From: Antedon mediterranea
Taxonomy: Eukaryota; Animalia; Echinodermata
Direction: 5' to 3'
Length of the DNA: 64,000 nucleotides
Assembly (NCBI RefSeq): GCF_964355755.1
Contig: NC_092674.1
Span: 11,718,001-11,782,000, forward strand
The notes beneath the pieces are model-generated. The model did no database searches. It was not told where the DNA came from and saw only the letters and a list, made by a program, of their open reading frames with translations. Of this stretch, positions 1 to 11,000 are shown piece after piece; the first letter of the stretch is position 1, and every line of letters begins with the position of its first letter. Made by a program: the position numbers and the translations under genes.

Positions 1-14
1 TTTTTTAAGGGACC

Positions 15-18
<4 letters not shown>

Positions 19-50
<32 letters not shown>
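19..50. repeat. (TC)n microsatellite
   Basis: Perfect TC dinucleotide run. Confidence 0.95.
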
Positions 51-54
<4 letters not shown>

Positions 55-310
55 GGGGCCACTATGGCACGCCAGGACGGACAAAACCATTTCAAATGCC
101 AATCCCTAGCTGTTGAGTTTACAAATCCCTACTAGTCAACATCGACTAGACACATACCTATCGGTCGAGTTTACCACACAGCACTAGTTAATGACAAACT
201 ATACACATCACTAATGGTCGAGATTTACACATCTTGCTACCGGTCGAGTTTTAAACACACATCGCTACCGGTCGAGTTGTTTTTATACACACATCGCTAG
301 TTGTTGAGAA
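55..310. mobile_element. possible DNA-transposon end with subterminal repeats (Kolobok-like)
   Basis: TTAA followed by GGGG, then repeated units such as ggtcgagttt...acacacatcgcta. The other end was not found. Confidence 0.3.
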
Positions 311-720
311 TTATTTTAGTAGACATGCGCAGTAAGGGTTTGTAGTTCAGAAAAGTTAAATATACTTGTTGCGCCTAGACAAAAACCAGAGTAGGATCAT
401 TTTTGGTGTTCGCAGCAAAATGACGGATCGTAATTTACGTGAAATATTTGACCAATGTAAACAAAAAAAATATTAGGCCTTTATATAGGCCAGGCCTAGC
501 CTAGGCCAGGCCTAGCCTATGCCTAGTAAAAGTAGGCTAGAGGCCTCCTTTATGATATAGTTAAGCCTTTTTTTAGTTGCGCCTTAATTATGAATTAGAC
601 AATGCCTCAACATAGTTAATACTCTAGGATAGCCATAATAATACATATATAGATAGATTGAGGTAAAACATTATCTTACCTAAACAACCTTTCAATTTCT
701 TGTTCCCTTAAACTTTCGCG

Positions 721-756
<36 letters not shown>

Positions 757-759
<3 letters not shown>

Positions 760-981
760 ACATTAGGCAATGAACATTAATTCGAAACCGCCCGGTGATA
801 TACTGAAATTTAATTAATTAATTTGAAACGATAAAGATGAGGAAATCTGTGAGAATGAGAAAAAGTCGCCCCAACCGAGACTCGAACTCGGACCGCCTGC
901 TTGATATGCAGATGTCCTAACCATTAGACCATGGTATTGTTCAAACTCGATTGGATAGCGACTCTTTAACATTCTCGGCGT

Positions 982-983
<2 letters not shown>
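757..983 (-). mobile_element. tRNA(Glu/Asp-like)-derived cassette embedded in (TA)n
   Basis: Minus strand reads TGGTCTAATGG (A box), CCGAG-TTCGAGT-CTCGG (T arm/B box), then TTTTT and about 100 bp of body. (TA)n on both sides; near-identical inverted copy at 1396-1573. Confidence 0.7.

Positions 984-1040
<57 letters not shown>
984..1040. repeat. (TA)n microsatellite
   Basis: Perfect TA run; further runs at about 724-756, 1253-1264 and 1574-1583. Confidence 0.95.
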
Positions 1041-1043
<3 letters not shown>

Positions 1044-1252
1044 CAATGATGTTGCGTAGCACTGTGTAAATTATATATAAATCATACTGCAAATTATAGA
1101 AACAGTGCTCATATTCGGAACATGATCTCATAATCGCGTCGAGCATAGCTCATTGGCGAAAGTTCCGTATTTTTTAGTTGTATGAAAAAATGTCTCTGGC
1201 GGGATTCGAACCTGCAACCTCTCGCTTACAGGGCGAGTATCATACCACTAGA
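1041..1252 (-). mobile_element. tRNA(Pro-like)-derived cassette embedded in (TA)n
   Basis: Minus strand TCTAGTGGTATGATACTCGC-CCTGTAA-GCGAGAGGTTGCAGGTTCGAATCCCGCC resembles the eukaryotic tRNA-Pro scaffold with an altered anticodon loop. It is 5'-truncated and followed by TTTTTT. Confidence 0.65.
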
Positions 1253-1395
1253 ATATATATATATCGTATATCCAAAGGCAAATTACTGAAAAAAATGACA
1301 ATGCTGTGGGTATCAGTGGCTGGATCTCAATGGAGATACAACAAAAAAAGCGAAAAGCTAAATCAAAACGATAAAGTAAAACAGCCACATATATA

Positions 1396-1573
1396 GACCG
1401 AGTGGTCTAATGGTTAGGACATCTGCATATCAAGCAGGCGGTCCGAGTTCGAGTCTCGGTTGGGGCGACTTTTTCTCATTCTCACTGATTTCCTCATCTT
1501 TATCGTTTCAAATTAATTAAATTTCAGTATATCACCGGGCGGTTTCGAATTAATGTTCATTGCCTAATGTGTT
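1396..1573 (+). mobile_element. tRNA(Glu/Asp-like)-derived cassette, inverted copy of 757-932
   Basis: GTGGTCTAATGGTTAGGACATCTGCATATCAAGCAGGCGGTCCGAGTTCGAGTCTCGGTTGGGGCGACTTTTT plus the same body; flanked by TA repeats. Confidence 0.7.
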
Positions 1574-1794
1574 TATATATATATGAGATAAAATAATGTT
1601 GCAAACAACTAACTATACTAGATAAAACTATGAATTATTATATGAATATAATAGTAGAAGATAATGTTACATAAGAAGCAAAGCATTATTAAAGTAGAAA
1701 TATACATTCATAAAGAAAATTATATGTGTATATTAACAATTTATACTTAAATTCAATGTGTATAAAATATAATACCATAAGAAAATTATAATTA

Positions 1795-3077
1795 CTAGAG
1801 GGTGAGCTCGCTTCGCTCGCTCCCCCTCTAGGAAGTGTAGACGATGGTTCTCGGAATGATAAAACTGTTCTCCTTGTAAGTTTTCTGTCGGTTACCATTA
1901 TTAAAAATGCTTGACTTTCGTAAAACTAAACTACTCTGTTTCACAGTGTTTTAGATGATTAATAACATTTTAAAGTATAGTATTTATTGTTTTGTAGGGT
2001 CCTTTGGGGAGGCGGAATTCATTTGAGAGAGGTGCTTATTCGAGGGATATATGTTAATTTTTTTAGTTTTAATAATATGGTAACATTTCTAATCAAATGA
2101 AATCCTCTAATAGATATGAAAAGTAGTAAAAAAGAATTACAAATGCTTGGTAAATTGTAGATAACAGTGCGATGAATTCTACTACAAATAGTATAATGAT
2201 TATTATTCAAAGTGATGTTTTATTGGAGAGCCGTTTATTCAAATAAATACTATCCTAATAATTATTAATACATTATTTAATTTAAACATCTTTTGAAACT
2301 AACTGCCGTGACAGAGTGGCCCAAGAAAGAAGACATTACGGCTTGCAACATGGGCAGACATCTCGGTCCTAACGGGACACAGATAGCCTACAGTTATTCC
2401 TGTCAGCTAATACTCAATCAACTATCAGGATTTCACTCGATTTTAAACAAAATATCTTATCATCAAATCTCCCTATGTAATTTTATAATACTATTTCCCA
2501 CAATATATTCCGATTCTTTATGGCGTATATTTAATTTGATTTTTATTAATTTGCAGTATAATTTTTATATTTTAACTACTGTACCTTCACACACGCGCTG
2601 TCCGTTCCTAAAATAAACAAAAAACTGAAATGGCTATGCAATTTAAGTTAGAGTCCTACTATCGGTTTTTTTCTTCCTTCTTCCAAAGGGACACTGTATT
2701 GATTGATGGAAAGTACCAGTTACCTTTAGGGTCAAAACTATTATTTTAACTGCTCCCTTGTGTATAAAAGAGAGAAAATAGCTGAAACCAGGTTGTTGCA
2801 AGATGAACCCGGAAATTACTTTGATCCGGGAAGAATTGAAATTGAGTTGAAAATCTACTGTGGAAATCATAAATTGTGTTAAAAAACTCATTATAATATC
2901 TTCCTAAGGTAGCAATATGGAAAAATAGCGTCGATGTGAAAACCAATGTTATCAAATCTACGTTTCGCGGTACATCTGAGATAGATAAGGTAGGTATCCA
3001 AGGCGGAGATTTGTACCGAAGTTTTTGCATTGTGCTCGCCTATTATATGTCAGAATTAACCATAATTTATATATAGA
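1795..3077 (-). mobile_element. non-autonomous Helitron family 1, unit 1
   Basis: On the minus strand it starts TCTATATATAAAT and ends in a hairpin plus CTAG. The paralogous empty site A41521|T41522 shows insertion between A and T with no TSD. Confidence 0.9.
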
Positions 3078-4455
3078 CTAGAGGGTGAGCTCGCTTCGCT
3101 CGCTACCCCTCTAGGAAGTGTAGACGATGGTTTTCGGGATGATAATGTTCTCCTTATACGTTTTCTGTCGGTTACCATTATTGAAAATGCTTGACATTCG
3201 TAAAACTAAACTACTTTGTTTCACAGTGCTTTAGATGATTAATAACATTTTAAAGTACAGTTTTTATTGTTTGGTAGGGCCCTTTGGGGAGGCGGAGGTC
3301 ATTTGAGGGAGGTGCTTATTCGAGGGATATGTTAAATTTTGTAGTTTTAATAATATGGTAACATTTATAATCAAATGAAATCCTCTAATAGATATGAAAA
3401 GTGCTAAAAAAGAATAACAAATGCTTGGTAAATTGTAGATAACAGTGCGGTGAATTCTACTACAAATAGTACCGTATAATTGTGTTGTTATAAATATGTG
3501 GATGGACGTTTATTAGATAGTTGGGTTGGGGGGGGGGGGGGGTTATTATTCAAAGTGATGTTTTATTGGAGAGGCGTTTATTCAAATGAATACCATCCTA
3601 ATAATTATTAATACATTATTTAATTTAATCATCTTTTGAAACTAACTGCCGTGACAGAGTGGGCCCAAGAAAGAAGATATTATGGTAGGGCTTGCAACAT
3701 GGGCAGACATCTCGGTCCTAACGGGACACAGGAAGATAGCCTACAGTTATTCCTGCAAGCTTACTCAATAAAACTCAGCTAGCTATCGGGATTTCACTCG
3801 ATCGAAAAATGTCTTATCATCAAATCTCCCTATGTAATTTTATAATACTATTCCCCACAATATATTCTGATTCTTTATGGCGTATATTTAATTTGATCTT
3901 TATTAATTTGCAGTATAATTCCTATTATTTAACTACTGTACCTTCACACACGCATGGTATGTTTTAAAATAAACAAAAAACTGAAATGGCTATGATTAAT
4001 GGCCAACTTAAGCTCCAGTCCTACTATATCTGATTTTTTTTTCGTCTTCCAAAGGAACACTGTATTGATTGATGGAAAGTGCCTGTTTCCAGTCACCTTT
4101 AGGGTCAAATCTATTATTTTAACTGCTCCCTTGTGTATAAAAGAGAGAAAATATTTGAAACCAGGTTGTTGCAAGGTGAACTTATCTTAAACCCGGAAAT
4201 TACTTTGACCGGGAAGAATTGAAATTGAGATGAAAATCTAATGTTGAAATCATAAATTGTGTTAAAAAACTCTTTATAATATCTTCCTAAGATAGAAATA
4301 TGGAACAATAGCGTCGCTGTGAACACTAATGTTATCAAATCTACGTTTCGCGGTACATCTGAGATAGATAAGGTAGGTATCCAAGGCGGAGATTTGTACC
4401 GAAGTTTTTGCATTGTGCTCGCCTATGTCAGAATTAACCATAATTTATATATAGA
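3078..4455 (-). mobile_element. non-autonomous Helitron family 1, unit 2 (head-to-tail with unit 1)
   Basis: Same termini; CTAG|TC junction at 3077/3078; diverged from unit 1 by substitutions and indels. Confidence 0.9.
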
Positions 4456-6307
4456 TGTTCGTGTAAAAAGAAGGTGTTAAAGAAACGCTATGAACATGTT
4501 TAAATTATAATTGTAATTAATAATTGGTATTAATTAAAATTATAATTGTTTTTTCATGGCTATCTGAGTAATAAATACTTGTAAATAGTTATGAAAATAT
4601 AATTTTGTTTTATAATTATTATTATTATAATTATTATATCTTAATGTCTGTATAAGTAAAAATTAAAAACATCTGTATTAATTGAGTAGAGTAAAGAAAC
4701 AAATATTAATGAAAATTTTGCATATAAAGATAAATATTATTTACAAAAATATGCATTTTTATAAAAAATAAAAGAGAGAAAAGAATTAAGATTATGGATG
4801 CCGTCTTGTTCCCCCATAAGTACGTTCACATTCTAATTAAATATTCATCATGCAACTGGTTTAATTCCTTAGGCTAAAAATTCATTTATGAATTGAAAAT
4901 GACGCACTGTTTTTGTTTGAACTACGACTAAACTTCGACGTAAGGTTAATTGTGCTATTGTTACATTATTAGTTTTCTTATATTCAAAGTATTTTCCATG
5001 ACTTGTATTTGGTAAAATACAACAATAGAGCATTTCCAACAAATAGTAGGCTTACTAAACAAACAGGCGATGAGAGAAAGCCACTACGAATAATACTGTG
5101 TCTTAAAGTAGAGTTGATCACGCCATAACGTTGATGTTATTGCTGTTCGATTTATAAAGCGCTTAGCCTATACAATCGAAAGATTGTCACAAAGCGCTGA
5201 GAGAAAAAACAGAAAGAAATTACAGAGAAAAAAGATAGATTTTTAAGAGTGTTTTGAAAACTATGATAGAGGATGCATTTTTAATAGTTTTTTATAATAA
5301 TAAAATAATTAATAATAATAATCAAATTTTCTTTTCCCAAAGTCATTGGCAACAGGCCATACCATATTACTATTTAAAATGGATAACTGACATGATAAAT
5401 ATTTGGCAAACCCAACATTTATTTGAGCGAGCAGCTCCTGAAATTGAAAAGCAAAACTGGGACAAAATTATAAAAAAAAATTGTAATGGATTTTCATTTA
5501 CATCCACATGCACATGTTATAGGCCAGACTCTTAACCATACGTATGCCCTAGAGTATAGTTATCGTAGAACTGTGAAATATCGTCTGATTTCAGTGTATT
5601 TCGTTTATTCTCAAAATACGAAAATCCTAATATATTCTAATTTTCGAAGGAAATGTTCTTTGAGTCAATTTTATTACTTTACTAGTGGTATAGATTTGTT
5701 TTCCTTCAGAGACAACATAATCTACAAAATAGTAATAATATCCTTGCGCTGTACACAAACACGATTAATGATACATTAGTCGCATACTATACTTTGTTCT
5801 ACAGATTGGTATTACGATTTCTAACACGAAGTTAATTCATACATTCATATTCCAGGCAATGCTGCCTGCCTTTAATTATAATTATATTTAGGCCACGGGC
5901 ACGTAGATTCACAAATATATTACAGTACATACCGGTATGTGGATTCTCTTATTTAACGATACAAATAAATGCTTTGACAGATAAACGTAAGCACAATAAT
6001 TTGTTAGTAACTTAAATAACTTTGAAAAAGAAGGATTGCGCTAATATAGGGACTCAGTAAGGTTTCCCATTCTGTCTTATAAGCCAGACATACAAGACAA
6101 GCGTGATGTGCCTACTCGTCATTCAATGACTCATCATTAATGTTTACATTACAATACAATACTCACATAGATATATTGAATTCTTCTACAATACACCGGC
6201 GCCATTACAAATTTACGTAGAGACTGTAGAAATAAACAATGGATATTTACAAAAATAGTGACAACTCATCAACAAAATAAACGAATATAGGCCCCTATAC
6301 GTTACCT

Positions 6308-6830
6308 AGATAAGATAAGATAAGATAACTTTTATTGATCCTCAAAAAGGAAATTCATTGCTCGTCATAATAACAAAGAAAACACTATAAAATCAAATAT
6401 AGCATAAAACCATTCATATAAAAACATCTAAAAAAATTACAATATAAAATTATCTTCTTGACTTCCTGCTGTACTGGATGATACCGGAGGGAATAAAAGA
6501 TTTAGCAAATCGATTTGTTTTCACACTGAGGAGCCTCAATCTACCACTTGGATTAAGTTGGTCTATGATCACTTTGTGGAGAGGATGAGAGGCATCCGAC
6601 TCAATGCGTTCGAAATCTTTCTCGAGGTGTTCTAGGTGCACATCGGTAAAGGAAGGCAGTTCCAGACCAATCATTTTACCAGCCCGACGGATGACAGTTT
6701 CAAGGCGTCCTTTATTCCCTCCGGTAACATTACCAGCCCAACAGGAGAGGCAATACGTCCAAACACTACATATAACGGATCTATAGAACGAAAGTAACAT
6801 CAAATCACAGGAGTTAAATTTATATAAAGT
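6308..6830 (-). mobile_element. 5'-truncated LINE, Rex1/Babar-like 3' end
   Basis: ORF 6450-6803 (FYRSVICSVWTYCLSCWAGN...HPLH...KTNRFAKSFIP) is an RT C-terminus. AATAAA plus (TTATC)n tail; absent from the paralog. Confidence 0.8.
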
Positions 6831-7388
6831 TCTCTATTTTGTATCATAGTATTATATCAAATTAACAATAAACTGTTACCTCTAAAACCGAAAATACAGT
6901 GGACTCATTACCTTTACCTATCTTGATCTTGGTGTGTGTTAACTATACGTCATAAGACGTTTCGTCAGTCGGAAAATTATTCACTTTGTTCGGAAGCTTA
7001 TTGACTTTGTGAAGTCATGTCTTTCAAATAAATTATACGGAGGCATGTTAGTGACATATTCGTCAACACATTCTTCATACTATAATATTTTTTTAACTGT
7101 TGCAATTGCCATAATCCATTATTTTTTTTTAATTCTAGGGTTAAAAACCGTCAGTACAGTACTGTTTTTATTGTAGTATAGTCATTAATGTATGGTCCTT
7201 GAATAGTTATTGTGTAAATAACAACGCAGAATAATTACATTTACAGATTTGGCATTTTCCAAAAAAAATCCAATAATAATATAAATTGATCTGTCCCTGC
7301 ACTAATTTACGGAAGCGTTAAAGTGCCATTCACTTGGCGACTTGTCGAGATATTTTATCTTGTCAAGTCGACATAAATGTATGACTAT

Positions 7389-8082
7389 TGTGTTGCTCCT
7401 ATTTTAGCTGCATCTTGCCTTTCCGAGAGAGGGCGTATGTAATTAGGATCCATGTTATAAGTTTCGCATTGACTACATGTGTTCTAGAATTCGGCTTCTA
7501 AATGTCTTATTGTGCCGAGATAGTGTGTAATTTACTAAACTAGTAGGCCGCACATTGCTTGTAAGTTGTTAGAGTATTATATTACAATAATTAGAATTAT
7601 ATAAACCACAGTAGTGGCCTAGATTATTAATGCTATACTACATTGTCGTAGGCCTATGCCTGCGTAGATTGATTTATGAATCGTATACGATCGCTCGAAC
7701 AGCATGGCGATAAACACGAGTCTCCGTGTAGAGGGCGGTGTTCTATTTTGTATGCCGTATCTATAGAAGTAGTCACGTCCATATGAGAGCGCTGTTGATT
7801 ATTTGATATCTTTATTTACTATGTTCTTTAGGCATGTACACCTCCGTAAGAGGGCGCTACGTTTGATCTGTTTTGCAGATAGTTTTATATTTATGTTATG
7901 TTTATTATTACTATTTGGAGCTGGATTTAAGTATGCTTAATTTCAGTTCACCCTGTTTATGGCTGAATTTGCTGTATTAAAGAGTCAGTCAACAAGTGAT
8001 TGTGTTGCAGTATTTTTTGTCGTGGATTGGGTTTATCTACTGAATAGCGAGTTTGACGGTTCAAGCTTGTGAGGTCAGCACA
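7389..8082 (+). repeat. 5' LTR of the BEL/Pao element
   Basis: Direct repeat of 13943-14642; I counted about 5 substitutions and two 3-bp indels. Confidence 0.97.
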
Positions 8083-8092
8083 GTGAAAAGCA

Positions 8093-11000
8093 ATGTCGAC
8101 TTCTAGTAGAAGACGTGATGGTGCGAGAGATGAAGCAAGATCAATAGGGTCAAGGAGCCATAGATCGAAGGCTTCATCGCAGTCAGTGTCATCATTAGAG
8201 GTATCTGCTGCACAAGCTCGTGCTGATGCTGCTGTAGCAAAGGCTCGTGTTACATTTGCAAAGAAGAAGAGTGCCGCCAAGTTAGAGGCGTTGAAAGCTG
8301 AAATGGAAGCAGCTAAAGCCATGTTAGACATAGACGAATAGAGAAAGAAGAAGAAATGGCTGCAGCACAGGCTAGAGCCAATGTCCCTCAAGCAGAATTG
8401 CAACATATGTCTTTTGAAGATATTGAGGAAGAGCTTTCACAGTTAGAAAGCAATAATCAGATGGAAGATGTGCAAGGCGCACCCCAAGATACAGTACCCA
8501 GTCAAAGAATGGCAGAGGTGCTAAAAGAACTTCCTAAGATGGAACCCAGTCAGCGGATAGAGAATTATCTAAACAATGCTGTAGAGGTACCAATGTCTAC
8601 TCTTAATCCTGGAGCTAGACCTTACGAACCAAATCATATGCAGGAGTACATTCGAATACTGGCACGTCAGCGATTACCCTTGCAAGAACCGGATATTTAC
8701 TCTGGGGATCCTATAATGTTTCTACCGTGGAAAAGATCCTTTGAAGCTATGGTGAAAACAGCCTGTGTGGACACTGTTGAAAAGCTGTCATTCCTGTGTA
8801 AATATACTACTGGCGAAGCAAAAGTTTTGGTTGATCGATTCAGACTAAGGCATGTTGAAGATGTTGACAAGGCCTATCATGAGGCCTGGACTGAGCTAGA
8901 AGACAGGTTCGGGAACCAAACCTTAATATCAGCTGAAATCATCCTGAGACTTACCAAATACAGAAGATTCAAAACAGGTGATTTGACCGCACTCCAAGAA
9001 CTGGCTGATTTGTGTGGAGACGCAGTTGCTCAAATGCAGGAGCTACCCCATCTGATTACGTTAAACACTCCTCATGGTATTAAACCAATTGTAAAGAAGT
9101 TACCACACTTCATAATAAATGGAGAGAAAAGGTCGCAAAACACAAAAGCAAAATGAAAACGTTCCCAAATTTCAGCATTTTCACAGAGTTTCTAAGTGAG
9201 ATGGCTCACATTCAACGTGATCCTGATGTCCCAAGAGGAACTGTCGATGAGGTCAAAACTGATACACCTGGAAATTACCGTACACAGACAGGTTACCGTC
9301 CTAAGGCCACGCAACGTTCAACTGTAAATGTGAGAATGACTGAGGTGAATAAATCTGAAGGGATGTGTCCGCTACACAATGGTCAGCATCCGTTGGTAGA
9401 CTGTAGAAACTTTCTGGCCAAGACTTATGCTGCCAAGAAGTCATTCCTTAAGGAAAACCAAGTATGTTTCCGATGTCTCTCATCTACATCACACATGGCT
9501 AGGAATTGTGATAGAAATTTCAGGTGTGGAGAATGCGGTAGTGATCGTCACCCGACTGCATTCCATGGTGACCGTCCGCAGAAGGCGAATGGCGGGGAAC
9601 AAGTAAAAGCGGAGCAAAAGGCGAATGGCGGGGAGCAAGCAAATGTGGAGCAAAATAAGGCGAAAGGCGAGGAGCAAATGGAAGTACAGCAGAAGGAAAA
9701 TGTCGGGGAGCAGGGGAAAGAGTCGCTGAAGGCGAAGGATAAAAATAAAGTAGTAAGTACTACAGGTACGGATGTCTGCGGTGGAATTGGGCTGAGCCGA
9801 TCGTGTGCTAAAATTTGTTTAGCAAAAATATATTTAGAAGACAATCCTAACACTTTCATAAAAACCTACATTATACTAGACGACCAAAGCAATCGCTCGT
9901 TGGCCAAGAGTGAGGTATTCGACCTTTTTAACATCAATGCAAGACTTACATCGTATACTTTGAAGACCTGTTCGGGAGCGGCTGAAGTTCAAGGCCGAAA
10001 ACTGGAGAAGCTGATAATTGAGTCCATGGATGGTAAAACAAGAATAGCAGCCCCATTGCTACTTGAATGTAATGACATACCTGGGAACAAGGCAGAAATT
10101 CCCACTCCAGAGACAGCCAGCAATTTTCCTCACTTGAAGGATATTGCGGACAAGATACCACCCTTGGATGAGAATGCAAATATTACCATACTGCTGGGCC
10201 GAGATGCTGCTCAAGCTCATAAAGTCCGAGAAGTACGCAATGGACCAAATAACTCTCCATGGGGCCAACGACTTGATCTAGGCTGGATGGTTATTGGCGA
10301 CGTCTGCTTAGGGGGAGCCCACCAAAAGAATGTTGTCACCACCAACAGAAACCATATAAAGGTTTTGAGAAATGGTAGGCCATCCGCCATGTTTACAACT
10401 TGTAAAGGAATGATCAGTGCGAAGGAAATAACCCTGCAACGCAGCTGTGACGTACTCGGTGGTAATGTATTCCAACAGAAAGAAGATGACGAGCAGTATG
10501 GAATGTCCAGAGAAAATGTGGAGTTCGTGCAACTTATGGGAAAAGAGATGAAACGAGGTGAACAAGGAAATTGGATAGCCCCACTTCCTTTTCGAGAAGA
10601 AAGAAAAAGGTTACCCAACAACAAGCAGCAAGCATTGAATCGTATGCAGTCTCTTATTCGCACACTGGATAAGAAGCCAGAGATGAAAGCTCACTACTTA
10701 GCGTTCATGGAGAAAGTATTCTCAAAGCAACATGCTGAGCTCGTCGAAGATGAAAGTCATGATGAAGAGTGCTGGTATTTACCACACTTTGGTGTGTACC
10801 ATCCACAAAAGCCAGGGAAGATCCGGGTGCTTTTTGATTCCAGTGCGCAATAATTCCAAGATACATCACTTAACAACGTGTTAATGAGTGGACCAGATCT
10901 GGTATATGGGTTGCTTGGTGTATTGATACGGTTCAGGCAGGATCTTGTGGCGTTTGTAGCAGACATTGAGCAAATGTTCTACTCATTTCAAGTCGTGGAA

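Larger units (their letters stand above)
1736..7307 (-). other. duplicated 3' flank of sialyltransferase copy B (remnant of copy C), interrupted by TEs
   Basis: Colinear high similarity to 41469-44353 once the Helitrons (1795-4455) and the LINE (6308-6830) are removed. Confidence 0.9.

Noticed and set aside
814-1396. ORFs 814-1146 and 1178-1396
   Set aside because: They run through (TA)n and tRNA-derived repeats and show no protein-like features.
866-1470. Functional tRNA genes
   Set aside because: Acceptor stems are broken or truncated and U33 is absent, so they are tRNA-derived rather than canonical tRNAs.
2643-4413. Duplicated ORFs (MQKLRYKSPPW...) as a tandem gene pair
   Set aside because: They lie in non-autonomous Helitron units, frames differ between copies, and there are no Rep or helicase motifs.
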